Origin: Candidatus Oxydemutatoraceae bacterium
GTDB taxonomy: Bacteria > Pseudomonadota > Gammaproteobacteria > Poriferisulfidales > Oxydemutatoraceae
Direction of reading: 5' to 3'
Length of the DNA stretch: 64,000 nt
Assembly (NCBI GenBank): GCA_965211995.1
Contig: OZ243040.1
Span: 1,555,363-1,619,362, forward strand
Shown: positions 1 to 9,692 of the stretch, piece after piece
How the letters are laid out: each line of letters opens with the position of its first letter
How positions within the stretch are numbered: position 1 is the first letter of the stretch
Notes under the pieces: generated by a model
What the model saw: only the letters and a program-made list of their open reading frames with translations
Told to the model about the DNA's origin: nothing
The model's database searches: none
Program-made: the position numbers and the translations under genes

Positions 1-155
1 TGCCGCGGGTTTCCGACTGGCCGACTTTCCCGCAGGTCTTCATCAACGGCAAACTGGTCGGCGGCTGCGACATCGTGATGGAATTGTTTGAAAGCGGCAA
101 ACTCAAGCAGATGGTGGAACAGGCGACGACCCATTCCGGAGCCGATTCGACCTGA
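1..155 (+). CDS. monothiol glutaredoxin (Grx4-type), C-terminal fragment; gene starts upstream of the window
   Basis: Frame-3 translation ends '...[33 protein letters not shown]', the conserved C-terminus of Grx4/GrxD; stop TGA at 153-155. Confidence 0.6.
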   Translation, partial: PRVSDWPTFPQVFINGKLVGGCDIVMELFESGKLKQMVEQATTHSGADST

Positions 156-211
156 CGGTCCGCGGGTGCCGCCCGCGATGGCCGCGCGCCAGAACTCTCG
201 GCGTAAAGACA

Positions 212-751
212 GTGCTCATTGACAAAATTCCCGCCGGCGAAAACGTGCCCGACGTGTTGAACGCGATCATCGAGATCCCGGCGCGTTCCGACCCGGTCAA
301 GTACGAAATAGAAAAAAACAGCGGCGCGGTGTTCGTTGACCGCTTTGTGAACGTGCCGATGTACTACCCGTGCAACTACGGCTTTGTTCCGCAGACCCTG
401 TCGGAAGACGGCGACCCGCTTGACATTTTGGTGGTCACCCCGGTGCCGGTGCTGACCGGCTCGGTCATCCCCTGCCGCCCGCTCGACGCCCTCGAAATGT
501 CGGACGAGGCGGGACGCGACCTCAAACTGCTCGCCACGCCGGCGCCCGGCATGAACGGCGGCTACGACGACGCGCGGTCGGCCGCGGAGTTGCCCCCCGA
601 CCTGCTCGATCAGATCGTGCATTTCTTTGAACATTACAAAGCGCTCGAACCCGGCAAGTGGGTCAAGGTCGAGGGCTGGCTCGGAGCGGCGGCGGCGAAG
701 CGCGAGATCATGAACAGCGTCGCCCGGTTTACCAAGAACGATCAGGAGTGA
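212..751 (+). CDS. ppa: inorganic pyrophosphatase
   Basis: 179 aa; 'IEIPARSDPVKYEIEKNSGAVFVDRF...YPCNYGFVPQTLSEDGDPLDILV' aligns with E. coli Ppa; GTG start. Confidence 0.9.
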   Translation: MLIDKIPAGENVPDVLNAIIEIPARSDPVKYEIEKNSGAVFVDRFVNVPMYYPCNYGFVPQTLSEDGDPLDILVVTPVPVLTGSVIPCRPLDALEMSDEAGRDLKLLATPAPGMNGGYDDARSAAELPPDLLDQIVHFFEHYKALEPGKWVKVEGWLGAAAAKREIMNSVARFTKNDQE

Positions 752-2616
752 CTCGGTTGCGGCGCCGGAATTACAACAGGATCTTTTTCAGACGCACGTG
801 GCTTGCAGTGATCGCCACCGTCGCCCTGAGCGCGGCGCTGATGCTCAACCTGGTGGCGTTGCAGATCAAGAATCAGGCGCATTACAGCACGCTCGCCGAC
901 AGCAACCGCCTGCACCTCACCGCAATCGCGCCGCCCAGAGGCATCCTTTACGAACGCAACGGCCTGACGCTGGCGGCCAACCGCACGCTCTACCGGCTTG
1001 AATTGACCCCCTCGCTGGCCGGCGACGTCGAAGCGACGCTCGCACGGCTGCAACGCGTTGTCGCGCTCGACGCACGCGACCTCGACCGTTTCAGGCAGAC
1101 CGCCGCGAAGCGCTCGCCTTTTCAAAGCGTGGTTTTGAAACCGCACCTGACGGAGACCGAGATTGCGCGGTTCGCAGTCGACCGCCACCGTTTCGACGGC
1201 GTCGAGATCGTGGGTGAAATCGGGCGCCACTACCCCTACCGCGAAACTTTCGCCCACGCGGTCGGCTACATCGGGCTGCTCGACCAGGAGGATCTGGCAT
1301 CGGTGGACCGGCGCGATTACCGCGGCACCCGCTACATCGGCAAGGTCGGGCTCGAGAAGAAGTACGAGGGACTGCTGCACGGCAAGCCGGGCGTGCGCAC
1401 GATCGAGGTCAACGCGCAGGGGCGCGTCATCAGGGAGATCGGCAAACGCAGCCCGCAACCCGGGCGCGACGTGCTGCTGACTCTCGACCGCAACCTGCAG
1501 ATCGCCGCGTACGAGGCGCTCGGCGATTACGAGGGCGCGGTGGTGGTGATGGACCCGCGCAACGGCGACGTCCTGGCGCTCGTCAGCAAACCCGCGTTCA
1601 ACCCCAATCAGTTTCTCTACGGTTTCAGCACCGACGCCTACAACCAACTGGCTTCGTCGCCCCGACGTCACTTCTTTCACCGCGCGGTGTTCGGGCAGTA
1701 CCCGCCGGGTTCAACCATCAAGCCGCTGGTCGCGCTCGCCGGCCTGCACCACAACATAACGTCACCCGACTACTATATGTTTGCGGGCCCGCATTTCTCG
1801 GTGCCGGGCAACGAGCGGCGGTTTCACGACTGGAAACCCGCGGGACACGGCTGGGTGAATCTGCGCGAATCCATCGCGCAATCGTGCGACGTGTATTTCT
1901 ATGATCTCGCTTACCGCACCGGCATAGACAATCTGCACCGGGTGCTTACAGCGTTCGGCCTGGGCGGCGTCAGCGGCATCGACATGGCCGGCGAGGCGCC
2001 CGGGCTCGTGCCTTCGCGCGAGTGGAAGCAAGCGCAACTCGAGCAGCCGTGGTTTCCGGAGGAGACGGTGATCACCGGCATCGGTCAGGGCTATCTGCTT
2101 ACGACGCCGCTGCAACTCGCCGCCGCCACCGCGACGATTGCGAACCGCGGCGCCAAAGTGACGCCGCGCCTGGTGCGGGCGGTGCGCAGCCGCAAGCGGC
2201 AAGGCTGGCAGGCGCGCCGACCGGCGTCCGCAGGCACGGTCGAGTTCGCCCCCGAGCACTGGGATCTGGTGATCAACGGCATGGTGGACGCGGTGCACCG
2301 ACCGCACGGCACCGCCTATCGCATCGGCGCGGACGCCCCCTACATCATGGCCGGCAAAACCGGCACCGCCCAGACCCACAGCATCAGCGAAGAGGAGCGC
2401 GCACAAAACATCAAGGTGACCGAAAAACACCTGATGGACCATGCGCTGTTCATCGCTTTCGCGCCGGTGGACAATCCGACGGTCGTGATCACGGTGGTGG
2501 TCGAACACGTCGGCGGCGGCGCCAAGTACGCCGCGCCGATTGCCCGCCGGGTGCTCGACACTTATTTTGAACCGCCGACGGCCGCCGCGGGCGCGCCCGG
2601 CGTCACTTCGGGCTGA
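748..2616 (+). CDS. mrdA: penicillin-binding protein 2 (peptidoglycan D,D-transpeptidase)
   Basis: N-terminal TM segment, then transpeptidase motifs STIK (SxxK) and KTGT; GTG/TTG start overlaps the ppa stop; the ORF-track start at 658 is probably too far upstream. Confidence 0.9.
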   Translation: MTRLRRRNYNRIFFRRTWLAVIATVALSAALMLNLVALQIKNQAHYSTLADSNRLHLTAIAPPRGILYERNGLTLAANRTLYRLELTPSLAGDVEATLARLQRVVALDARDLDRFRQTAAKRSPFQSVVLKPHLTETEIARFAVDRHRFDGVEIVGEIGRHYPYRETFAHAVGYIGLLDQEDLASVDRRDYRGTRYIGKVGLEKKYEGLLHGKPGVRTIEVNAQGRVIREIGKRSPQPGRDVLLTLDRNLQIAAYEALGDYEGAVVVMDPRNGDVLALVSKPAFNPNQFLYGFSTDAYNQLASSPRRHFFHRAVFGQYPPGSTIKPLVALAGLHHNITSPDYYMFAGPHFSVPGNERRFHDWKPAGHGWVNLRESIAQSCDVYFYDLAYRTGIDNLHRVLTAFGLGGVSGIDMAGEAPGLVPSREWKQAQLEQPWFPEETVITGIGQGYLLTTPLQLAAATATIANRGAKVTPRLVRAVRSRKRQGWQARRPASAGTVEFAPEHWDLVINGMVDAVHRPHGTAYRIGADAPYIMAGKTGTAQTHSISEEERAQNIKVTEKHLMDHALFIAFAPVDNPTVVITVVVEHVGGGAKYAAPIARRVLDTYFEPPTAAAGAPGVTSG

Positions 2617-2628
2617 GGCAAGCGACGC

Positions 2629-3750
2629 TTGTACAGCGACTCATTCGTCATCGGCGCAAGACTGCCGCTGCGCCGTTTTTTTGAACTCGACTACGTGTTG
2701 CTCGCGGCGCTCGCGGCGCTCGCGGTGCTGAGCGGGGTGACGCTTTACAGCGCCGGCGGCCAGGACGCCGGCCTCATCATGCGCCAGACGGCCAGGTTCG
2801 GGGTGGGGTTCGCGCTGATGTTGATGCTGGCGCAGGTGCCGGTCGCGGTGTACCGCAAATTGAGCCCGTGGCTGTACCTGCTGGGCGTGCTGTCGTTGCT
2901 GCTGGTGTTGTTCGCCGGCGACATCAGCAAGGGCGCCCAGCGCTGGCTCGACCTGTGGGTGGTCAAATTCCAGCCGTCGGAGTTGCTCAAACTTGTGGTG
3001 CCGATGGCGCTGTGCTGGCTGTTCGCGTCGGACCACCCCATTCCGAGGGCGTGGAAGTTCGTGCTGGCGCCGGTGCTGGTCGCCGTGCCGGTGCTGATCG
3101 TCGCGCTGCAGCCGGATCTCGGCACCGCGATCTTGATCGCGATGTCCGGACTGTTCGTAATCTTTCTCGCGGGGTTTCACTGGTTTTGGATCATTTTGTT
3201 CGCGGGGGCGTCGCTGGCGATCGCGCCCGTCGTATGGCACTCGCTGCTCGACTATCAGAAACAGCGCCTGCTCGCTTTTTTCAATCCCGAAAGCGACCCG
3301 CTCGGAGCGGGCTACCACATCATTCAATCGAAGATTGCAATCGGCTCCGGCGGCATCTGGGGCAAGGGCTGGCTGCAGGGCTCACAGTCGCAACTCGATT
3401 TCATCCCGGAACGGGCGACCGATTTTATCTTTGCGGTGTTTTCGGAAGAGTTCGGCTTTGTCGGCATCTGCCTGCTGGTGTCGCTGTATCTGCTGGTCGT
3501 GTTCCGCGGATTTACAATCTCGCTCAAGGCCGCGGACGAATTCGGCAGGTTGCTCGCGGGCGGCCTGGTGCTGTCTTTCTTTCTGTCTTTCTTTGTCAAC
3601 GTCGGCATGGTCAGCGGTTTGCTGCCGGTCGTCGGCGTGCCGCTGCCGCTCGTCAGTTACGGCGGCACCTCGGTCGTGACCTTGCTTGCTTCATTCGGTA
3701 TCCTGATGGCCGTCGCGAGATACCGGCCGATGATGAGGAGCGTCTTTTGA
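2629..3750 (+). CDS. mrdB: rod shape-determining protein RodA (SEDS family glycosyltransferase)
   Basis: 373 aa polytopic membrane protein immediately after mrdA with typical RodA/FtsW sequence. Confidence 0.9.
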   Translation: MYSDSFVIGARLPLRRFFELDYVLLAALAALAVLSGVTLYSAGGQDAGLIMRQTARFGVGFALMLMLAQVPVAVYRKLSPWLYLLGVLSLLLVLFAGDISKGAQRWLDLWVVKFQPSELLKLVVPMALCWLFASDHPIPRAWKFVLAPVLVAVPVLIVALQPDLGTAILIAMSGLFVIFLAGFHWFWIILFAGASLAIAPVVWHSLLDYQKQRLLAFFNPESDPLGAGYHIIQSKIAIGSGGIWGKGWLQGSQSQLDFIPERATDFIFAVFSEEFGFVGICLLVSLYLLVVFRGFTISLKAADEFGRLLAGGLVLSFFLSFFVNVGMVSGLLPVVGVPLPLVSYGGTSVVTLLASFGILMAVARYRPMMRSVF

Positions 3751-4766
3751 AAAAGTTTGCCCGGTGGGTGCGCCCGCGCGCGGCCCGCTGCGTGATGGTG
3801 CTGTGTGCGCTATGCGCGGACGCGCCCGCCGCCGATTACAGCGTGCGCCCCGAAGTGCGCGCCTATATAGACGAGTTGGTGGCGGCGCATAATTTCGAGC
3901 GCGCGCACCTGATCCGCCTGTTCAAGGACGTCAGGCGGCAGACCTCGGCGCTCAAGGCGATGGACCGGCAGGCCGAGGCAAAGCCGTGGCATGAGTACCG
4001 CAAAATCTTCGTCAACGACAAACGCATCGAAAGAGGCATTGATTTCTGGAAAGCGAACGCGAAATTACTGGCCCAGGTCGAGCGCGAATACCTGGTGCCG
4101 GCGGCGGTGGTACTCGCGATTGCCGGCGTCGAGACCTACTACGGCGACAATCTCGGGCGTTTTCCGGTGTTCGACGCGCTCGTGACCCTCGGTTTCGACT
4201 ATCCGCGCCGCGCCGCGTTTTTTCGCAAAGAACTGACCGAAATGCTGCTGCTCGGACGCGAGGAGGACTTCGACTACGAACAAGTGAGAGGCTCGTTTTC
4301 GGGCGCGGTCGGGTTCAGCCAGTTCATGCCGAGCAGTTACCGCTATTACGCGGTGGATTTTGACGGCAACGGCAAACGCGACCTGTGGCACACGCCCGAC
4401 GCGCTCGCGAGCATCGCGAATTATCTCGCGCGCCACGGCTGGAAACGCGGCGGCGCGGTCGCAAACAGGATCAAACTCGAAAAAGCCGCGGGCAACCTGC
4501 CGCTCAACAAGGACCTCAAGCCGTGGCTGTCGCAAGCGGACGCGGGCAACTACGGCCTCGGCAAGATCACGGGCATCGCCGACGGCGAGCCGCTGTTTTC
4601 GCTGCTTGCGTTTGAACTCAAGGGCGGCACGAATGAGCATTGGGCGACGTACCACAACTTTTACGTGATCAGCCGTTATAATCACAGCCGCCGCTACGCG
4701 ATGGCGGTCTATCAACTCAGCGAAATTCTGAAACAACGTTACTTGGCAAACTCCGACGATGGTTGA
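3747..4766 (+). CDS. mltB: lytic murein transglycosylase B family
   Basis: Signal peptide from a TTG at 3747 (alternative ATG at 3795) that overlaps the rodA stop; body matches MltB ('AGVETYYG...GAVGFSQFMPSSY...DFDGNGKRDLW'). The 632-aa ORF starting at 2868 is a GC-frame artefact over rodA. Confidence 0.8.
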   Translation: MKKFARWVRPRAARCVMVLCALCADAPAADYSVRPEVRAYIDELVAAHNFERAHLIRLFKDVRRQTSALKAMDRQAEAKPWHEYRKIFVNDKRIERGIDFWKANAKLLAQVEREYLVPAAVVLAIAGVETYYGDNLGRFPVFDALVTLGFDYPRRAAFFRKELTEMLLLGREEDFDYEQVRGSFSGAVGFSQFMPSSYRYYAVDFDGNGKRDLWHTPDALASIANYLARHGWKRGGAVANRIKLEKAAGNLPLNKDLKPWLSQADAGNYGLGKITGIADGEPLFSLLAFELKGGTNEHWATYHNFYVISRYNHSRRYAMAVYQLSEILKQRYLANSDDG

Positions 4767-4975
4767 CTGCGCGGTCGCAACGGCGGCACCGGCGAGGTGC
4801 CTGATCCCGGCGGCGTACGGAATCAGCCGTTATAATCACAGCCGCCGCCGCGTGATGGCGGTCTGTCCACTCAGCGAAATTCTGAAACAACGTTACTTGG
4901 CGAACCCCGACGATGGTTGATTGCGCGGTCGCAACGGCGGCACCGGCGAGGCGTCTGATCCCGGCGGCGGTTGCC
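4668..4975. repeat. tandem duplication, 2 x ~154 bp (~90% identical), spanning the mltB 3' end and the rlpA 5' end
   Basis: 'atcagccgttataatcacagccgccgc...gaaattctgaaacaacgttacttgg...gatggttga(c/t)tgcgcggtcgcaacggcggcaccggcgagg' occurs at 4668 and again at 4822. Confidence 0.85.
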
Positions 4976-5476
4976 GCGTTCGTCTGCGGCTGCGCCGGCG
5001 TGTCTGAGTTGCCCTACAAACCCGCGGACGTTTACATCGCCGTGCATACAATCCCCGGCGATTGCCGCGGCGCACATCCCTCGTACACGATCAAGGGGCG
5101 GCGCTATTGGATCGAGAACGTGCACGTCGGGCATACGGAAACCGGCACGGCTTCGTGGTACGGCAGGCAGTTTCACGGCAGAAAGACCGCGAGCGGCGAA
5201 GTCTTCGATATGCACCGGATGAGCGCGGCGCACAAAACCCTGCCGCTGTTTTCGACCGTCAAGGTGGTCAACCTTGACAACGGCAGGGAAGTGACGGTCA
5301 GGATCAACGACCGCGGCCCGTTTGCGGGCGAGCGTTTGATTGATTTGTCGTACGCGGCCGCAAAGAGGCTCGGGATGGTCAGCGTCGGCGTCGCGCCGGT
5401 GCGGGTGACCGTGACCGGGACCCCGGCCGGGCGCGAGATGCACGCCGCGCTTTCGGATCCCGTCAGGATCAACTGA
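4913..5476 (+). CDS. rlpA: septal ring lytic transglycosylase RlpA (DPBB domain lipoprotein)
   Basis: Lipobox 'FVCGCAG'; DPBB core '[21 protein letters not shown]...[10 protein letters not shown]'; the start lies in the second copy of the 154-bp duplication. Confidence 0.8.
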   Translation: MVDCAVATAAPARRLIPAAVAAFVCGCAGVSELPYKPADVYIAVHTIPGDCRGAHPSYTIKGRRYWIENVHVGHTETGTASWYGRQFHGRKTASGEVFDMHRMSAAHKTLPLFSTVKVVNLDNGREVTVRINDRGPFAGERLIDLSYAAAKRLGMVSVGVAPVRVTVTGTPAGREMHAALSDPVRIN

Positions 5477-5478
5477 AG

Positions 5479-6636
5479 ATGACATTTCACGGCATCGGTG
5501 CACCCCGCTCACGGCTCGTCGCGGCGGCGGTGCTTTGGGCGTTCGCCTCCTGCGGTTTCGCCGCGCAGGTGATCGTGCCCGACCCCCCGGCCCTCGACGT
5601 CAACGGCTACATTCTGACGGACTTTCACAGCGGCGCCGTGATCGCGCATAAAAACGCCGACGAGCCCGCCGTACCGGCGAGCATCACCAAATTGATGACC
5701 GCTTACCTCGTGTACGAGGCGCTGGCCGAAGGCTCGCTCAGCCTCGACGAGGAAATCAAGGTCAGCGAGTACGCGTGGAAAACCGAAGGGTCGCGCATGT
5801 TCATTGAGGTCGGCTCGAAAGTGCGCGTCGAAGACCTGCTGCTGGGGATGGTCGTGCAGTCGGGCAACGACGCGAGCGTCGCGCTCGCCGAGCACGTCGC
5901 CGGCTCCGAAGCGGCGTTCGCGGGCCTGATGAACAAAAAAGCCGCGGCGCTCGGCATGACCGGCTCCAATTTCGCCAACGCCACCGGCCTGCCCATGCCG
6001 AACCACCGCATGACCGCACACGATATCGCGGTGCTGTCGCGCGCACTGATCCGGGATTTTCCGGACCATTACGCGATGTATTCGGTCAAAGAATTCACTT
6101 ATAACAACATCAAGCAACACAACCGCAACCGCCTTTTGTGGAGAGACCGCAGCGTAGATGGCCTCAAAACCGGACACACCAACGACGCCGGTTACTGTCT
6201 CGCGGCCTCGGCACAGCGCGACGACATGCGCCTGATCGCGGTGCTGCTCGGCAGCGACAGCGAAAAACGGCGCTCGACGCAGGCGTCGCAACTGCTCGAT
6301 TACGGCTTCAGGTTTTTCACGACCCACCAACTTTATCAGGCAATGCAGCCAATGTACGAAGTGCGGGTGTGGGGCGGGAAACCGAAGCAACTGCAACTCG
6401 GAGTGCGCGAAGACTTCTACGTCACCGTCCCGAGAGGAACCCGGCGCAAACTCGAGATTGAAAGCCAGGTGGTCGACGGGATAGACGCGCCGGTTTCCCG
6501 GATGCAGCCCCTCGGCGTGATCAAAGTCGGCTACGCGGACCGGTTCAGCCGCGAGGAGCCGCTGGTCGCGCTTTCAGACGTGCCGCGCGGGAACATCATG
6601 GCGCGCATGGTTGACGGATTTTTGAAACTGTTTTGA
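5479..6636 (+). CDS. dacA: D-alanyl-D-alanine carboxypeptidase (PBP5/6 family)
   Basis: Signal peptide; SITK (SxxK), SGN and KTG motifs; same rlpA-dacA order as in enterobacteria. Confidence 0.8.
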   Translation: MTFHGIGAPRSRLVAAAVLWAFASCGFAAQVIVPDPPALDVNGYILTDFHSGAVIAHKNADEPAVPASITKLMTAYLVYEALAEGSLSLDEEIKVSEYAWKTEGSRMFIEVGSKVRVEDLLLGMVVQSGNDASVALAEHVAGSEAAFAGLMNKKAAALGMTGSNFANATGLPMPNHRMTAHDIAVLSRALIRDFPDHYAMYSVKEFTYNNIKQHNRNRLLWRDRSVDGLKTGHTNDAGYCLAASAQRDDMRLIAVLLGSDSEKRRSTQASQLLDYGFRFFTTHQLYQAMQPMYEVRVWGGKPKQLQLGVREDFYVTVPRGTRRKLEIESQVVDGIDAPVSRMQPLGVIKVGYADRFSREEPLVALSDVPRGNIMARMVDGFLKLF

Positions 6637-7478
6637 ACCCGGCCTCCGCACCCGCGTATTTGAACGGCGCGTTCACGACGGTTGGGGAATGTCGCATCAG
6701 CCCCCTCGACCGCGCGTTTTTGTTCGGCGACGGCATATATGAAGTCGTCCCGGTGTACGCCGGCAGAATGTTCGAGTGGCCGGCTCACTTCAAACGGCTC
6801 GAAAGAAACCTGCACGAAACCGGGATCGCCGCGCCGCACTCGTCGGACGCATGGGAGGCGATCCTCGGCGGCTTGATCAAGCGCGCCGACGGCGCCGAAC
6901 TGTCGCTTTACCTGCAAGTCTCGCGCGGTGTCGCGCCGCGCGCCCATTGCCTTGAGAAGCCGATCGCGCCGACGGTGTTTGCGATGGCGATGCCGGCGAC
7001 GCCGCCGTCCCCGGAACTGCTCAAACAAGGCGTCAACGCCGTCACCGCCGAGGACGTCCGCTGGCACCGCTGCGACATCAAATCCACGAGCCTGATCGCG
7101 AACGTGCTGCTCAAGATGGGCGCGGTCGCCGGCGGTGCACACGACGTTATTCTGCTGCGCGACGGGCGCGTTACCGAAAGCTCCGCCGCCAACGTGTTCA
7201 TCGTCCGCGCGGGGGTGTTGGCGACGCCGCCGAAAGACCATTGGATCCTGGCCGGCATTACCCGCGACGTGCTGATTCGCCTTGCCGGCCGGCAAGGCGT
7301 CACAGTGCAGGAGCGCGTGATCCCGGTCGCCGAACTCGCGGACGCCGAGGAAATCTGGCTCAGCAGTTCGACCCGGGAGATCCTGCCGGTCACGCGCGTT
7401 GACGGACGCCCGGTCGGCGCCGGCGTGCCGGGTCCGACGTGGCGCGCCTTCAGGGATCACCTGAAGTCATCGGTTTAA
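6633..7478 (+). CDS. dat: class IV aminotransferase, probably D-amino-acid aminotransferase
   Basis: 'AYLNGAF...ISPLDRAFLFGDGIYEVVPVY' N-terminus typical of Dat/IlvE fold IV; the TTG start is uncertain. Confidence 0.7.
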   Translation: MNPASAPAYLNGAFTTVGECRISPLDRAFLFGDGIYEVVPVYAGRMFEWPAHFKRLERNLHETGIAAPHSSDAWEAILGGLIKRADGAELSLYLQVSRGVAPRAHCLEKPIAPTVFAMAMPATPPSPELLKQGVNAVTAEDVRWHRCDIKSTSLIANVLLKMGAVAGGAHDVILLRDGRVTESSAANVFIVRAGVLATPPKDHWILAGITRDVLIRLAGRQGVTVQERVIPVAELADAEEIWLSSSTREILPVTRVDGRPVGAGVPGPTWRAFRDHLKSSV

Positions 7479-7505
7479 CCCACCGGGCAATTACGAAGTG
7501 CAATT

Positions 7506-7545
7506 AAAAAAGATCAATCCGCAGATTGCGCGGATTAAGAACGAG
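7506..7545. repeat. palindromic hairpin (REP-like, ATCCGC...GCGGAT family) downstream of dat, convergent with murU; possible bidirectional terminator
   Basis: 'aaaaaagatcaatccgcagattgcgcggattaag'; related copies occur at 62037-62087 and 62250-62295. Confidence 0.4.
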
Positions 7546-7699
7546 TCTTTGCATTGAAGTTGTTTTGTGCGCGGCCGAGATTGCCGGATACGGCCATCGC
7601 CCGTCGCTGACGGCCTAAGCCCGGCCGCTTTGGGGACTCCTGTCCGCGCCCGCCCGCGCAATCCGCGGACATCAACAAGACCTGCGCGAAAATCCGGCG

Positions 7700-8371
7700 T
7701 CAGCGGTCGGAATGGCCGACCGTTTGACGCAGGGTCTCCAAACTTTCCGGCGTGCCCGCGTCCATCCAGAAATCACGGCAGTGTTCGCCGGCGACGACGC
7801 CCCGCGCAATCGCAGGCTTCAGCACCTGTGCAAGTTTGAAAGTCTCCCCGGGCATTGCCGTGAACAACGCAGGCCGGTAATAGCCGATGCCGGCGTAAGT
7901 CAGCCGGTTTTCGCCGGCCAGCCTGACCGTGCCTTGCTCCAGGCCGAAGTCCCCGCCGGGATGATGCGGCGGATTGTCCACCAGCAGCAGATACGCCTCG
8001 CGGTCGGCGGGCGGTTCCATCCGCTGCGGTTGCCAGTCGGTGTAGATGTCGGCGTTGATGATCAACCATGCACCGTCGCCGAGCAGCGGCAGGGCTTTTT
8101 TGATGCCGCCGCCGGTCTCCAATGGCGCATCGCCTTCGTCCGAGTAGGTGATCCGCACGCCGTAATTCGCACCGTCGCCGAGTGCGTCCATGATCGTTTG
8201 CTTTTTGCAGCAGACGTTGATGACGACCTCGCGAAAGCCGGCCGCCGCAAGCCGCCGCAGGTGCCGCTCGATCAGGCTTTCTTCGCCGACGCGGATCAGT
8301 GGTTTCGGCAGCCGCTCGGTCAGCGGACGCAGCCGCGTGCCCATCCCCGCCGCGAGGATCATCGCTTTCAT
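7700..8371 (-). CDS. murU: N-acetylmuramate alpha-1-phosphate uridylyltransferase (sugar-phosphate nucleotidyltransferase)
   Basis: 'MKAMILAAGMGTRLRPLTERLPKPL' nucleotidyltransferase N-terminus; 4-bp overlap with the upstream kinase gene. The ORF-track start at 8701 is a GC-frame extension. Confidence 0.7.
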   Translation of the reverse strand: MKAMILAAGMGTRLRPLTERLPKPLIRVGEESLIERHLRRLAAAGFREVVINVCCKKQTIMDALGDGANYGVRITYSDEGDAPLETGGGIKKALPLLGDGAWLIINADIYTDWQPQRMEPPADREAYLLLVDNPPHHPGGDFGLEQGTVRLAGENRLTYAGIGYYRPALFTAMPGETFKLAQVLKPAIARGVVAGEHCRDFWMDAGTPESLETLRQTVGHSDR

Positions 8372-9396
8372 CGCCGCCCCGCCCCGGAAGCCGCCCCGAC
8401 GCCGGCAAGGTGCCGGATGACTTCGGCCAGCCGGTCGCCGAGTGCGGCGAACTCGCGATAACGCGATGCACAGTCGGCAACGTAGCCGAGCGTTCTCGGA
8501 ATATCCGCGAGATAGCCGCGCTTGCCGTCGCGGTGGCACAGCCGCGCGAAGATGCCGCTCGCTTTGAAGTGGCGCTGCATTCCCATCAGGTCGAACCAGT
8601 ACTCGAAGGTTGCATCGTCGAAATCGGCGGCGGCGCCGTTGTATGCGCGGCGGCGTTCGAGAAAATAACCGCGCCAGCGTGCGACGTCGCGGCGCGGCCA
8701 TGCAACGTAGCAGTCCTTGAGCAACGACACGAGGTCGTAGCTGAGCGGCCCGGCGACCGCGTCCTGATAGTCGAGCACGCCGGGCGCGGCGCCGTCTTTC
8801 AGCACCAGCAGGTTTCTGGAATGGTAGTCGCGGTGCACGAAAGTTTGCGGCTGCGCCAGCGCGCTCTCGACGAGCCGGTGGAAAGCGTCCTCGTAGATCC
8901 GCCGCGTTTTCGCATCGGGGGCCATGCCGAGATGCCTGTCGAGCAGCCAGTCGGTGAACAGGTGCATCTCCCGCATCATCAGATCCGCATCGAACGCGGG
9001 CAGCGTGCGGCGATCGGCCTGCTGAATTTCCACCAGCGTGTCTATCGCCGCACGGTACAGCGCGTCGGCGTTGTCGCGATTGAGCCGGTTCAGGTACAAC
9101 TCATCGCCCAAGTCGTCCAGCAGCAGGAAACCGCGTGCGGGGTCGGCGTGGTGGATCCGCGGCACCCGCACGCCGCGTTGCAGCAGCCGCTTCGTGATCT
9201 CAATGAAAGGCGCGGGGTCTTCCTTGTCGGGCGACGAATCCATCAGCACCAAACTGGCGCCGCCGCCGCGCTCGACCCGGAAATAGCGGCGGAAACTCGC
9301 ATCGCCCGCCAACGGTGAATAACGGCAGACGGCGGGCGCGAGCGCCTGATCGCTCCAGTTCCGCATGATTGTTTGGCGGTCTTGCATTTCGCGCAT
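8368..9396 (-). CDS. amgK: anomeric MurNAc/GlcNAc kinase (aminoglycoside phosphotransferase fold)
   Basis: APH-fold motifs ('HRDYHSRNLLV', 'LDYQDA'); paired and translationally coupled with murU as in Pseudomonas amgK-murU; the start could instead be the Met at 9366. Confidence 0.7.
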   Translation of the reverse strand: MREMQDRQTIMRNWSDQALAPAVCRYSPLAGDASFRRYFRVERGGGASLVLMDSSPDKEDPAPFIEITKRLLQRGVRVPRIHHADPARGFLLLDDLGDELYLNRLNRDNADALYRAAIDTLVEIQQADRRTLPAFDADLMMREMHLFTDWLLDRHLGMAPDAKTRRIYEDAFHRLVESALAQPQTFVHRDYHSRNLLVLKDGAAPGVLDYQDAVAGPLSYDLVSLLKDCYVAWPRRDVARWRGYFLERRRAYNGAAADFDDATFEYWFDLMGMQRHFKASGIFARLCHRDGKRGYLADIPRTLGYVADCASRYREFAALGDRLAEVIRHLAGVGAASGAGRR

Positions 9397-9692
9397 TATA
9401 GATAGTTGACCTGCGCTTACCCGCCGTCTCCCCTCGCGTTGCCACCCCGCGGTGGAGCCATGCCGTCAATAAACGGCGCGAAGACACGGGCACAACGGCT
9501 GCCGCAATCGCTTATCGGGAAATAGATACCGCTCGTTCCCCCAAGCGTCATAACCCGGTTGACATGGTGTAAATAGACATGCTTGTTCGCTCGGGGGGCG
9601 CTTGGCGCACCTCAACGTTTAACCGGATCCCGCCCCTGGCATTCGCAAAGATGTGGCGGTGGGAGCACGTTTTTGACCAATGGAGGTCAATT

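Noticed and set aside
2868-3746. N-terminal 290 aa of the 632-aa ORF that overlaps rodA in another frame
   Set aside because: It is a high-GC alternative-frame artefact. Only the portion from ~3747 onward, which matches MltB, is coding.
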